A stretch of 57,033 nt of DNA, taken from NCBI GenBank assembly GCA_001938485.1, contig MQRK01245561.1, forward strand, positions 17,610 to 74,642, read 5' to 3'. The stretch is from Girardia tigrina (lineage: Eukaryota). The translations under genes were made by a program, and so were the position numbers. The notes under the pieces were generated by a model that searched no databases, had not been told where the DNA came from, and saw nothing but the letters and a program-made list of their open reading frames with translations. Shown here piece after piece: positions 11,230 through 24,364 of the stretch. The first letter of the stretch is position 1. Each line of letters opens with the position of its first letter.

Positions 11230-13700
11230 GCGAAGCAACATAGCATCTACATCCCAAAGGAAACGATCGTACAAAGAATCATTTGTGGAATATGGGTTTA
11301 CGAAAATTATGTACAAAAACATTGAAAAGCCGCAATGTGTGATTTATCAAAAAGTGTTAACCAGTGAAAGTTTAAAAAAATCAAAATTGAAAGATCATTT
11401 CGAAAGTAAGCATAAAAAACATGTAGGAAAAGATATAAAATTCTTTAAGAAAGAAGAGCGTAAAGTGATAGCAGCAAGATTGGATTCTACAGGAAAAACA
11501 CAACAAGTAACTGAAGTATATCTAGAAGCATCTTACATCATTTCATATGATATTGCTCGAACTAATAAACCACACACGATTGAAGAAAATATCATTAAAC
11601 AAAGCATTTTAAATGCAGTTAAATTAATCGATGGTGAAAAACATGCCAAAAATACGAGCAAACATCTCTTTCAGATAACACGGTGCAGCGGCAGATTGAA
11701 GATATGAGTAAAGATATTTTAGAAACAGTAATTTCTGAAATAAAGGAAAGCCCCATGTTTTCATTACAATTGGACGAATTAACCGATGTAGCCTCTTGTT
11801 CGCAATTACTCACATTTGCACGTTATATAAATGGTAATTGTGTAAAAGAAAAACTTTTATTTTGTAAACCTTTGGTAACTACTAGTCGGGGCGAAGATAT
11901 GTTTCACATATTGAAAGAATTTATTGAAAACAATAACATCGTGTTGGGGCAAACTAATTGCTATCTGTACTGATGGAGTACCGGTAATGTTAGGGATTCA
12001 CTCTGGATTCCAAGCATTTGTAAAATCAGTTGCTCCACATTGTCCATTTCATCACTACATTATACATGATTATGCTTTGGCTGTAAAATAACTTCCATCA
12101 AATATGTTAAGTTCATTTAAAGATGTAATAAGCATTGTAAATTATATACGAAGCAATGCCACGCATTCCAGAATATTTAAATGTCATTGCAACGAAATAA
12201 GAGCAAAATTTGACACTATTGTACCACACAGAAATAGGATGGCTATCACGTGGTAAAGTGTTGAATAGAATATTTGAACTTCGCAATGAAATTACTTTAT
12301 TATTAGAAATCAGATACACTAAAAAAGAAGAAGGATTGCTCACAAAAATCAAAGACCATCATTTTATAGGAATAGTGGCACACCTTGTTAATATTTCTAG
12401 CGTGATAAATAATTTGAACATCACTTTGCAAGGCTATGCTACAAATATAATAACACTAGTAAATAACCCGTCATGTATGACGGATATAATTATATAGAGT
12501 TAAAATTTCAAATAAATTTTCAAGACATTTTTTTTTAAAATTCATTTGTTTTCCACATTTAATCATTAGANNNNNNNNNNNNNNNNNNNNNNNNNNNNNN
12601 NNNNNNNNNNNNNNNNNNNNNNNNNNNNNNNNNNNNNNNNNNNNNNNNNNNNNNNNNNNNNNNNNNNNNNNNNNNNNNNNNNNNNNNNNNNNNNNNNNNN
12701 NNNNNNNNNNNNNNNNNNNNNNNNNNNNNNNNNNNNNNNNNNNNNNNNNNNNNNNNNNNNNNNNNNNNNNNNNNNNNNNNNNNNNNNNNNNNNNNNCATA
12801 TGAATTATTATTAATATAAATATCTACTTACAATTGTAAGTAGATAATATGAGCGTTCTTGACAGCGTTAGTGAGGCAGTGAGGCAGGCAGTGAGTGACT
12901 TGGGCTTTTATAATAATAACATATATGGATAAAATTGCCGGTTTCATAAAAAAACTAGAAATATATATTCGCAGAATTAAAGTTGGCGATATATCGGTTT
13001 TCTAAAATTTATGTGAATTTCAAGCCAAAAGAACGGAAACTGACAATTTCTTTCACTCTATAAAAGAGGGAATTATAATAATGGGAATTATAAATTCCTT
13101 AAAAATATATTTCCCAGATATTCAAAATCGGGAGAAAAACCTGTGGGTTATAAAGCCCTACCAATCAGATCCTAATACATTTCTTAACGAAGACATTAAA
13201 TTACAAATCGAATTTGTCCAATTGATCGAGGATACAACATTAAAAGCGGAGTTTCTAGAAAATACAGAAACAGAAATATTTTGGAACAAAATTATGGCCG
13301 AATTTCCCAATATTTCAAACAAGGCCCTACCAATTTTAATACCGTTTGCCTCAACTTACAGATGTGAGAATGGATTTTCTGCACTAGTAGCAATCAAAAC
13401 CAAATCACGAAATAAATTAGTAGTTGAACACGACTTAAGATTAGCACTGAGTGAAACAAAACCGATTATTAAAAAACTTATAAGACACATTCAATTCCAA
13501 CCTTCTATTAGATTGCTTATTTTTTAATCGTATATTATGTGTATTTTGAAACTCTGTTAAATGTTTTTATTGCAATAAAATTCATTTTAAATAAGACAAA
13601 TTGTTTTTGAATTCATTTCTCATAATAATTTTTGATGGGGTAATTTAACAAATGTCGATAGGTTGAGGGGCAACGGGGTGAAAAAGGTTGGGAACCGCTT
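11230..13700 (+). pseudogene. hAT (Buster/ZBED5-FAM200/SCAND3-type) transposase pseudogene with right end
   Basis: Frameshifted ORFs 11285-11707 (EYGF..KPQCVI..KLKDHFESKH), 11683-11973 (FSLQLDELTDV), 12210-12497 (LLYHTEIGWLSRGKVLNRIFELR) and 13081-13527 (PFASTYRCENGFS dimerisation domain). Right end AAAAAGGTTGGGAACCGCT at ~13681-13700. Confidence 0.9.
12456..12921 (-). mobile_element. Non-autonomous Helitron inserted in the hAT transposase
   Basis: Minus-strand 3' end is hairpin CCGTCA-n4-TGACGG (12468-12483) then CTAG (12456-12459). The 5' end is shared with the 1390-1828 element. Removing it restores the frame ATNIIT|YMDKIAGF at an A|T site. Confidence 0.7.
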
Positions 13701-14768
13701 CACTAGATCTTCCTCTTAGTGGTCAAGTACAAACCTTAAAGCAAATTTTATCAAAAAATACAAAGGATTCAACTGGAACGGTTTGCTCAAATTTACGAAA
13801 TTCCTCAGTGTAATATTGAATCTTCACTCTATTATTCGATCGGAATTGTGTGCAGCAAGACCATGATGAATGCTTTTTATAGTATATCAATATTTTAGAA
13901 GAAACCTGTTAATCTTTAATTTTGAAACAGTAACTCCGAATTCATCATGCACACGTGCAGCAAGTTCACTAATAGACAGTTTTCATCAAACCAACTGCAA
14001 ATTTTCTCTTTGTGTTGCGTAGATAGAATAGCAGAATGGTTTCCACCTCTAGCCTCTTGTCCAGTCGAACAGAACTTTGAAAAAATACTAAGTATTGTAT
14101 TACATGAACGCCTTAAAGGTTATCTATTATGGTGTTACCATTCTCTTCAACGCAAGAGCAATTGCACGCTTCCCAATCTCAGAAGTAACGGCTGCCGAAC
14201 CCACATTTCCAGCTTTCACACATTTAGTCAGTTTATATTGGATATTATACTCTACTACGTGGATCGTTCATTGATCTTCTGAAAAATTAATTGTCTTTGA
14301 CACATGAATTAAGAATTTAATTTTTAATTAAAAATATTTCTTTTGTCGCGTTTTTATGCTATGTGTAATGGTGATTTAAATGATTGCAACACTGACGTAA
14401 TAGCTTAAAAATCACAGTACTATTGAATTATTAATCTATTATGACTATGTATTTTCTGAGTTTCAATTTGACACCACAGATTTAGAAATGTCTCTCCTTT
14501 AGTAAATCTAAATACAATGACCGAAATATGGAATTAAGCGCACAATGATTTTAGATTATTTCTCAGTCTAATCCAAAAATATTTTTCAATGTTGATTGGT
14601 AGGAAAATATTATTAAGTTACTTAAATATTTTCCCTTTGGTGATTTCTTAAGGTTGTCCACTTCTTTCTTCATTAAATATTTTTTACAATCCATATACGC
14701 CTCGACCAAATGGAACATAAATGTTAACGGTGTCTTATTCTCCGTTTAATTATTGTTGAAAAATAAAC

Positions 14769-15109
14769 AATAATATTATTAATAAAAAAATTTTTTTATA
14801 AAAACAACCACGTTTTTCAAGCATTACCAATGCACTAAAAAGAGGAAAATAATTTATTTTCTAGACATGTGCGAAATTTTATACCTAACCAAAAACGTGG
14901 GCGGATTTCTGAATTACTGCTATTAGTAACTGCTATTTCCTCTTTACTGCTTTTTAGTAACAATCGATCATTTCTATGCCACACGTTTTTGGTTAGGTAT
15001 AAAATTTCACACATGTCTAGAAAAAAATTATTTTCCTCTTTAGTGCATTGGTAATGCTTGAAAAACGTGGTTGTTTTTATAAAAAATTTTTTTTATTAAT
15101 AATATTATT
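14769..15109. repeat. Long near-perfect inverted repeat (~130-bp arms, ~80-bp spacer)
   Basis: 14769-14899 is the reverse complement of 14982-15109 with only a few differences. Confidence 0.95.
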
Positions 15110-15259
15110 TAACTATTTTTAGTTATCATTTAGGAANNNNNNNNNNNNNNNNNNNNNNNNNNNNNNNNNNNNNNNNNNNNNNNNNNNNNNNNNNNNNNNN
15201 NNNNNNNNNNNNNNNNNNNNNNNNNNNNNNNNNNNNNNNNNNNNNNNNNNNNNNNNNNN

Positions 15260-15480
15260 TACTTCTACACTTAATTATCACTTGATTTTCACAATATTTG
15301 TTCAATTTATTAATTTTTTCCGTAAAGTAAATGTTTTAAAATATTGTATTGTCATCGGAAGCAAGCCTGTATAAAAAATTCAGCTCAATTGGATGACTGA
15401 AAGTGGTCGAAAAATCAATCGTAAGATTTGTTCCAGACAGACAGACAAGAAACCAAGCTAATAAAAACGTGGTAATAAAA
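15260..15480 (+). mobile_element. Helentron/DINE-1(HINE)-like non-autonomous element end
   Basis: (GACA)n microsatellite followed by AAGCTAATAAAAACGTGGTAA. AAAAACGTGG is the same short IR that is nested in the 14769-15109 palindrome. Confidence 0.45.
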
Positions 15481-16219
15481 ACATTAAAAATGTTAGATTT
15501 TGACATGCTTGCATTCACGCTTCTCACCGCTCAGATGTCAGCAAGTATGAAGCAAATCAGTCAAAAAATTTTCTGACTTAAAACTTCCAGCATGTTTTCT
15601 ATTTTACTGATATCTGTGTATTATTCGTCTCTCTTATTCCACATGTTCTTTAAATTCTCTAATTTCCTTTTGGTAATTTCTTACGGTTGGCCACTTCTTT
15701 CTTCATCAAACATACAATTTCTTTTTTTTATGTGAAAACTATAAAATAATTGTAGATGGTGACCTTAGATGGTACTTGAGGGGTGCATCATATATCTACT
15801 TAGAAATGCTAAATTCGATAATTTTTAACGTTTTTCTACCATATAAATTGAATAAAAAACACTAAATTACAACTTATTTACAATATTCTAATAGAGAATT
15901 TCGAAATACAAAAACAAGTTTATAAAAACATCTGTTGTAACGCACCGGCAAAACTTAACCAGTGATGAACGATAAAACTGCTTAAGAAGTTTAAAATTAA
16001 ATTTCATTCCCAAGAAATTTTCGATAAGTACTGTATTTACATTCGATTACAATATATAAATAACAATCACAATTGATAATTAGAAGTTAAGTGCAACAAT
16101 TTAATGAATTAAATTTACACGCGGATCAAATCGATTTGCACATAGCACTCAAATAAACTTAGAAATAATGCAGCTCAGAGATATTTGTAGACCAGTTGTT
16201 CAAGAATGAGAATATTGAT

Positions 16220-16812
16220 TCAAGATGAGCGACAACCATCAGGGCGGTTAGTGTCTGTAGAATCATGATGCATTCGTGATGCATTGGCGCTGGAATTACC
16301 AGTATTCCTATCAGAGCTTCCGGGTACGGAACCATCCTCATTCAGATCAGGAACACTATCATATGAGTCCGCACTATCGCTGTCACTAATAAAGATTCCT
16401 CGAAATTGATTTTCACCCCGGCGACGTCGACTCATGAAGATCTGCAGGTCAGCGAGCAACTAAGTATGTCAAACGTTGGTATGTTATATTAGATAATATA
16501 CAAGTCTATGCTGCCTTGTTAATACGATAATATTCATTCGGCCACATATTAATAATATAAATTTACAGAAGAAAATATAAAATAAATAAACTTTAAGAAA
16601 GAAATATCAAAATAATAAATCCAAATGATTCGAATCGGTAGCCCTAAAATAAAATTTATCTCTTCCATTCCTGTTCAAATGTACTGTCATTAATTTGACA
16701 AATAAAAAATAAGATTCTAGATTACGTGTCGTAACCTTATTTTCGTAAAATACTGACTTATTTTGCTGAATCCAGACGATATGTCATGTCAACATACCAG
16801 CCCGGTTAACAT
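16220..16812 (-). mobile_element. Probable piggyBac 5' end and acidic transposase N-terminus
   Basis: Minus-strand TTAA-CATGTTAACC terminus at ~16812. Downstream is MSRRRRG...SDSDSADSYDS, a basic-then-acidic N-terminus typical of piggyBac transposases. Confidence 0.35.
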
Positions 16813-16981
16813 GTTAATAGCAAATGACTGAGAAAACCCGCCACATCCGATACGACGAAGATCAAGTATTTGTAAACACTGATATGATCTAAGTGTCTCG
16901 TGGTTGTCACTCAGCATCCACTGATTATTTTTAGAAATGGAAATATTGTGACCGACCGAGGAAGAAGTGTACTACTTATAC

Positions 16982-17412
16982 CAGTGGTTCTCAACCCGTG
17001 TTCCGCGGCACATCAGTGTTCCGCGAATCCGCTTTCAGTGTTCCGCGAAAATATCTACATTTTATCTTTAAATTTGCATTTAAGATACAAATCAAACATA
17101 TCACATTAATTTTCTTGCTGTTTTATTTTTGTTTATACATTTTGTATGTTAATTGCACTGTGAATGTTTAAATGTCTTTTCGTGTAAGTATTTCTTTGTT
17201 GAATAAATTTTCTTTTTTTTTGTAATGTGCGTTTATATTTAATATCTTCAATACCATTTATTAATAAAGGATGGTTCAAAAGTCGTTTCATTATTCAAAA
17301 ACGAAATAATACGTTCGATAGAGAATTTTTCAATGAATTTTTTGTCAGTGTTCCGCGTAAAAAAATTCATGTGAATTGTGTTCCGCGTTTTTAAATTAGT
17401 TGAGAACCACTG
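16982..17412. mobile_element. hAT Buster-family MITE
   Basis: TIR CAGTGGTTCTCAAC/GTTGAGAACCACTG. Perfect 8-bp TSD ACTTATAC (16974-16981, 17413-17420) with central TA. Subterminal GTGTTCCGCG repeats. Confidence 0.95.
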
Positions 17413-17903
17413 ACTTATACCAACAAATTTAGACGAATAATAAGTACAGCAACCTGGTTGCAAAGAGTTGCAAAATTTGGAACTTTCTTTGTTAACTTTA
17501 TTAAATAAAAATGAATCATCATCACTTTCTGATAATACAAAAATAATTGAGGAGTATTTGTCTGATTCGTCGAGTCATTTGGAATTAATAAAAATTACCA
17601 AATCATCTTTTTCCTTTATGAATTTTACTTTGATATGAAAAATCTATATTTAACTGAGAAGTTTTTTTTTATGTTTATGTTAAAGAAAAAAAATAACAGA
17701 TGAAGTAACTGAACAAATTTACCATTTTCTAATAAAATGTTATACAAATCTTGATATTCTTTAAAATCAACAAAAATTTGCCACTTTAAAATTGATTTGC
17801 AACTGGCAACTTTTACAACTTTTCCGGTTGCCCTAATAATAAGTTAAACATAAATCGAATAAGTTAATATAGGTGTAAAACATATTTTATCTTATTTGAT
17901 TAA

Positions 17904-19214
17904 CCCTTATCATACCGTTGAAATTTGCATCCTCAATCCCCACGAGACTACATTTTGTAGTAAATATATTTTGGGCAAGGAAACGCAACTACGGTTACAA
18001 ATAATGATTTGTAATTATTATAATAATATTATAGTATTATTATTACCTATTTATGTCTTTCAATGTCTAATGACCGGTTTATTTTTTTAATAATTAATTG
18101 ATTTTTATTAATTAAGTATATTTACAGGTAATTATTTTCTTATCATAGAAAACGTTTTGTGTTATGTTGTTGCATGCCTTATTCCCATTTTTCCGATTGT
18201 AATGACTTTTTTCTTCAGATGTCGTGCAATATTTTCGAAACTTTGTCATCCACATTTTCATCTGTTGCTCGCTTGAATGATATTTCTCACGAAGGTCCAC
18301 TTGAGATGGAGGAAGAATATGAAACCCCCCTTCAACTTCGGCAGCGTTTGGGAAATCTAGTCATTAGTGATGAAGAAGATATGGAAGTGCCACTAGTCTG
18401 CGAAATGGAAACCGAAGTCAATGATGAGCCACAATCCATGCTGGCAAATGATGACGAAGGTGACATGAACGTTTTTGTCGAAGATAGCGATTTAGGTGAT
18501 TCTGATTCATCGTCTGAAGAGTCTTGTGATGATGACGAGATTTGTAATGGAGTGAAGTGGAGCCATGAACCTGTTCATAATGTTCGACTTCGAAGGAATA
18601 TCGTTAATGAGCGTCAGCTAACTTTGACAGATGTTATGGACGAGTTGTCAATATTTGGTAAATTGTTTACAGAAAAAATACGACGCGTCATTCTTCGTTG
18701 CACTAATAGGAAAGCAACGGCACTCAGAGTGGCAACTCCGCAGCAGTACAGAGTCCGGACATATGGCAATTTTTCATTTTCTGAGCTGAATGCTTTTCTG
18801 GGATTCATAATTCGTGCAGGAGCCGATAGAGACAACCTGACAGCTCTGCCTGACCTTTACAAGGAAGATGACAGCATACCATTTTATAGAGCCTGCATGT
18901 CTCGTCATAAGGTTGAATTCCTCCTCAAATGTCTTCGATTCGACAATTTCCTTGATAGAGAAGGGCGGAAGAAAACAGACAAGCTTGCTGCAATCCTAGA
19001 TGTTTGGGACATTTTTGTACCCCAGCTTCGAAAGTTTTATATTCCTGGAACAGATCTGACTGTGGACAAACAGCTTGTTGGTCATCGCGGCAAAATTCCA
19101 GGGAAAAATTACATGCCATCAAAGCCCCAGAAATATGGCTTGAAAAAATTTTGGATTTGCGAAGCACGAACAGGATATGCGTTGAATGACAAAAATACAT
19201 TTGCTGTGATATAG
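17904..19214 (+). mobile_element. 3'-truncated piggyBac element (PGBD4-like transposase)
   Basis: TTAA|CCCTT left end at 17900-17908. ORF 18159-19214 (likely ATG 18219 after a 5'UTR intron) has an acidic N-terminus, FRACMSR-like, LRFD, LTVDKQLV and YMPSKPQKYGLK motifs, and ends abruptly. Confidence 0.9.
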
Positions 19215-19559
19215 CACTAAAAGTGATTAGAAAGAATTTTTTAACACTTAGCGAATATGTAAGATGAGGGAGAACTTTAATTTTTAAGTCGGCGGTTTAT
19301 TAAAGTGTTTGATTGGGAAAGAACCGGATAAAATTATCGTGTAAAAGCAACATGCCAAATTGGGCTGTGATGTACAATTTTTGGTATATATGTTTGCATA
19401 ATGATAGGCAAATAAAATTTTATTGGTATTTGAAGATTATTTCCTCCTCGGACCGTTCTTCAAGATCATGTATGATCTTCTTCTTAAGATTAAATTTACC
19501 ACAGAATTAGAAATAAATAATAAACTTCTTTTTCTATACATTATTGTTCCTAGAATAAA

Positions 19560-20060
19560 TGTAGGATATAAAAATTAATTACGAAGAAAAGCAATAGATA
19601 CATATACAACACTAGAGTTTATATAAAGAGAAATACAGATAAGTATGATGAAAGACTTAGTTTTCAGAGTATTGAATTTTTCATTTGATTTTGATGGCTT
19701 GAGTATTCTTACGGAATACTTCATGGATAATATGTACGCAAACAGACATAAAAGTAGACATATTTATGTACACAGACACAGATTACGAAAGGATTGAACG
19801 AAGAAAAAAATGTTGAAGAGCTAAAAATTATTAAAATACCATATTTTGAATGATTTCAAGCATCTGACGAGTATGTATAAAAATATTTATAATTACAAAA
19901 CAATTTCTTCGCACTCAAAGTTCAAAGTTTCGTCTCAAATACATCGAAAACAGTTTATTGATAACAAACTAATCTGATATAAAGAATTTTATAGAACTGA
20001 GATCAAGGGGCCCCTTATAGACCCTTCCGTGAACAATCCTACCAAAAAATGTTCATCAAA
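19560..20060 (+). mobile_element. Degenerate retroelement (probably PLE) segment, homologous to 24520-24590 plus 25974-26170
   Basis: Shared strings TTATGTACA(C/G)AGACAC, ATTAAAATAC(C/G)ATATT and GTTTCGTCTCAA. KIIKIPYF resembles the PLE linker. AAAAAATGTTCATCAAAA at ~20044 matches the pLTR end at ~23483. Confidence 0.4.
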
Positions 20061-21889
20061 ACATTTTCGAACAGATACTTTAATAAGCAGGGGTATCATT
20101 CTGAAGAAAGTACAAATCAATATAATCTGCACATCAAGATACTATAGGCCAAAACTTTTTATTTAGCATTTTTAAATATGATTAGGCTCCCAATGTAATA
20201 TAAAAAACTGGCCACTAATCATGCATTGCAAACGATAACCCAAACAATTAAAGTCATGTTGTTTGATTCTGACTTATTTCAGACATATTACAGTTAATTA
20301 AACTGTAATTTCCGAGGATTGTTTAATTATAATGCTGCAACTAAATATTGATTAGCAATAGTCTTTAATGTTCTAGGTTAACCATGTTTATCCACATTGA
20401 AGGTTCATTCGAAATTTTGAATCAATATCTAAATTCAAATTTGACTACAGTGAGAACAGCATCATATATATTGAATGTGATTTGAACAATATCTACATTT
20501 TAAACATTTCCTGTACATATATGATATAGAATTTTGTTCATTTGTTTGTAGCTTTTAATAATAATACGGATTTGGCACATCTGAGCACAAAGTAGCGTTT
20601 ATGCCACTTTCATTATTACCAAATTCAGTACTCATAATCTTTAGCATCACAATCTTTATTCATATCAAAAATTCAAATATTTAAACAAATTTCTTGTTAA
20701 TTCAATTACTTCGCCCAAAATGAATCTATTAAATTTTTTTCTGATTAAATTTTGAAAATTTGCTTAATTTTAAACTTTAAAATAATTTTTACATTTTTAC
20801 AAAATTTTATCATGAAAATAATTATTTTACATTTACTATTTAAAATTTACTATTTACTTTTTTTTAAAAAAAAATATTTCTTAAAATATTAATCCGTTAA
20901 TTATCTATTTTAAAATTTATTTAACTTATTTCATAACTTTTATTAAAATACATCAATTATTATGACTGCTAGAATATTTTAAATAAGTATTTAATTTTTA
21001 TATTTTTATATTTCACTAAAAGTTTATTCTTTTTAGATAAAAATATTGAAAATTTATTAAAGTTTCTATACAAATATAAATTACTTCCAGACATTTTTCT
21101 TTACATTATCAAGTTCTAATTTCAGTTTTCTTTTCCATTGTCATAAGAAAAACTTTAGTCGTTACATGAATAGAAATATGTTTGATAAAAGTTATCAAAG
21201 AATCATTATCAAATTTAACTGCAGTAACTTTTACAGCATAAACTTACTAGAAACTAGTAAATCACAAAAGTCTTTTTTTAAAAAACAATGCTTTAGGCAA
21301 ATAAAAGTATTTATCAAGCTAATTCTTCATTTGAGTGATGGTCTTTTTCCTAAAATATAATAACTGTTTATAAACACACAAAATTCATTTTCTTTCAATT
21401 TTCGCAAAAACACGCGGTTGTTTGCTTTAACTTGTTGTCAAACACAAATTAAATGACGCAGCTTGCTGAAAATGGCGCAGTGATCTATTGACGAAGGTAG
21501 TTGATGTGAACGATATTAACGTTCTAGTTAGAAATCGGGAAATCAAAAAGTCACGGACTTCTTGACAGGTCCTCGTAGAAAGTGCATTATATAAGTATTG
21601 TAAAAATAAGCGATAATCGGATTAATCAAATTATGATCTTCACAAAACGATTGTTAGTATCTGAACACAGAGTTTAATTTGTCTTTCAATTTAGAAATCA
21701 CAGTATAAAGAACATAAATACGACTTTTCCAACTTATGTTTATCGCAGTTTGAATTGTCTTCAGGACAATTCTAAATACAACATATTTAATTCGATATCT
21801 AGCTAAATTGATAAGAGTCTTGATAATGAATCGTTTTAAATAATTATTCGAAAAAATTTTCATTTTATATTTTTCAGAAAAATATTTTA

Positions 21890-22950
21890 TAGGTATTTGT
21901 GCTCAATTCAAATATCTATTAATTGTATATAATGTGATCTTCAGGGATATAAAGTAGTTATGACAAATGATGTGGTTTGCAACGAATTTAAGAGTAAATT
22001 ATCATAAGATACAAGACATTTCATTGAATTTAGTAAATATACATAAATTCAAAAACAACAGCGTCTATTATTCGCGTTTATAAAGAAGAGCTGACAAAAT
22101 TTCTAAACTAAAGCGTAAGGTTAAAAAAATTAAGAATCTGAAAAAGAATGTAAAAAAACATTATTGAAGATGTTTCTATAACTTTCGATAAAATCAAAAA
22201 AATACCATTAGATGTAAACATATGGTCTTCAATATTAACGATAAATAGAGCTATTGGCAGCTTAAATTTAAGCTTTAAACTATTTTCACTTGTTCCTGTA
22301 GGTAGAAATACGGGAACAAATACCGAAAAGAAGAAAGAATACGCTGCTTTGATTATTCAATTAGAAGAAACTGACTTGATATGGTTAGATGAAATTAGAA
22401 TAAGTTGCTCAAAAAGAAAGAAATATGGTAGAAGTCTCAGGAGGCAAGCAGCCAGAAAAACGGTTTTACCTATAAGAAGCAAAAACATTTCAGTCTGTGA
22501 TGCAATGTCAAAAACAACATTGACTAATTTTATAGTTTTAGGCAAGGCTTTCACTGGCGAATCATATTTAGGCACTGTTAAGGAAGTAATTGAAAAAGAA
22601 CTTAGTAAAATTTTTTAAAATAATATTTTAATAATGGATAACGCTTCAATCAATTCACATTAGATAATTTTGTACATCAAATGGATTTTGGGTCTTTTCC
22701 TTACCTCCTTACACATTATAAGTAAATAACATTGAAAAATGGTTTTTGAAATGGAAAAACTCAATCAAATCTGCAAATTGTAGAACCGATGAAGAACTTA
22801 AAAATCAAATAAATTCAGCTTCGTTCAAAATATCACCTGAAAATTGTAGTGCATACTTTGAAAACATGAAACAATATATGATTAAATCATAATTTCTTCA
22901 ATAATTTTATCTAAAAATTATTTTATTATTGTTAAGATTTTGTGCTCGCG
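21890..22950 (+). pseudogene. Tc1/IS630-type (DD34E) transposase remnant
   Basis: LIWLDE...RKKYGRS..IRSKNISVCDAMS (22349-22618), IFIMDNAS, FLPPY and NNIEK. A ~105-bp piece (22200-22310) is duplicated at 23365-23470. Confidence 0.7.
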
Positions 22951-23500
22951 TAAAATTTTGAACGTTATGATTTAAAATTTGAAAATAGTGAGATTGTAAA
23001 ATTTAAATTAACATAATCATATTTATATGACACTATATTTGTTTAAAAAGGTTTGTGAATAATGATCCTTAGAAATTTGTAATAAAATAAAATTTTGAAA
23101 TTATGTCAATTCTTATCTTGAGTTTAATTCCAATACGAGTTCGTCAAATATGCCCGAACCTAACGATTATTAAAATGATTTCATAAAAAATATTATTTAA
23201 TCGATTAAAAAATTTATTTACTTAATTAAAATTAATAATTTATTTTCCTTATATGAAATTTTTTAATATCTTAGGTTGTAATTTAAAATGCAAATCATTT
23301 TCGATCATCACGAACATCCATAATACCAATTTTCCATCTAGATGGGATAAGCACAAAAAAAATATCATTAAATGTAAACATATGGTCTTCAATATTAACG
23401 ATAAATAGAGCTATTGACAGCTTCAATTTTAGTTTAAAACGATTTGCACTTGTTCATGGAGGTAGAAACTAAATTCAAAATCAAAAAATGTTCATCAAAA

Positions 23501-23548
23501 TTTATTGTGATCGATTTCGACGAATTAACCGTCATCATCAGACTAAAA
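23501..23548 (-). ncRNA. Minimal type-I hammerhead ribozyme
   Basis: Minus strand reads TTTTAGT|CTGATGA|T|GACGG-TTAAT-TCGTC|GAAA|TCGA|TC|ACAATAAA. Stem III is the palindrome ATCGAT, the cleavage triplet is AUC and stem I is weak. Confidence 0.75.
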
Positions 23549-24316
23549 TTAACAATGATATACTCGCGTTAATTTATCAAAGCAATGTTTATGTAATCAT
23601 TATGTCATTTAAATCATGAAAATATTTTCAATAAAGTTGAACAGGATGGTGTTTCCTCATTGATTTTAGGATCAAAGGATTTGATAGTCAAATGCTTCAC
23701 ACATCACCCTCTCCCAGTAATTATCAAATTGTGAACACAAAATCTTAAAATTACTTACATCAACTTTACTATTCAAATAGTTCTTCCTATGTTGAGTAAT
23801 ATTGCTATCACTTTCCCTGCGATTATGTTCCTGAATCCGTTTACATAGATGATGACAAGTCTCTCCGATATGGAGTCACACCCATTACATTTATATTGAT
23901 AAGCTAAATTGGAACATTCACTACTGAACAAACTTCCAAATATTCCAAACAAATAAATTTTTAATTTTAAATTATTTTCATCATGTTTCATAATAGTTTT
24001 TGAATTTTCTGAAACCCTGAGAGTAGGGAACAGTCAAAACAAAACCAATATTGTCATAATTATTATTTATTTGATTTTTATTTTTGTCGCTATAAATTGC
24101 ATTTAATTTTTCATTTTCATTTTCCGATTTAATTAATTTATCGACAGTTTCAGGAGTAAATTTATCAAATATCGATTTGATGTGTGAAGCATTGTTGATC
24201 AAATCCTTTGATCCTAAAATCAATGAGTAAACACCATCCTCTTCAACTTTATTGAAAGTATTTTCATGATTTATAACCATTGTTTTGATATATAAACGCG
24301 AGTATATCATTGTTAA

Positions 24317-24364
24317 TTTTAATCTGATGATGACAGTTGATCCGTCGAAATTGATCACAATAAA
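24317..24364 (+). ncRNA. Minimal type-I hammerhead ribozyme (degenerate twin of 23501-23548)
   Basis: CTGATGA(24324-24330)|T|GACAG-TTGAT-CCGTC|GAAA|TTGA|TC. One stem II mismatch; the stem III palindrome is broken. Confidence 0.65.

Larger units (their letters stand above)
14630..15710 (-). pseudogene. Two short mariner/Tc1 HTH fragments (~14630-14700 and ~15670-15710)
   Basis: Both translate (N/D)EERSGQP*EIT, the DxxRSGRP motif of mariner transposases. Confidence 0.5.

Noticed and set aside
21470-21482. TGGCGCAGT as an LTR primer-binding site (also TGGCGCC at ~8880 and TGGGGGG at 53041)
   Set aside because: No properly placed upstream LTR or downstream gag. At 53041 the LTR's TATA/polyA polarity points the other way.
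23981-24358. 125-aa minus-strand ORF as a gene
   Set aside because: Chimera of the antisense pLTR arm and the PLE linker; explained by the inverted-pLTR structure.
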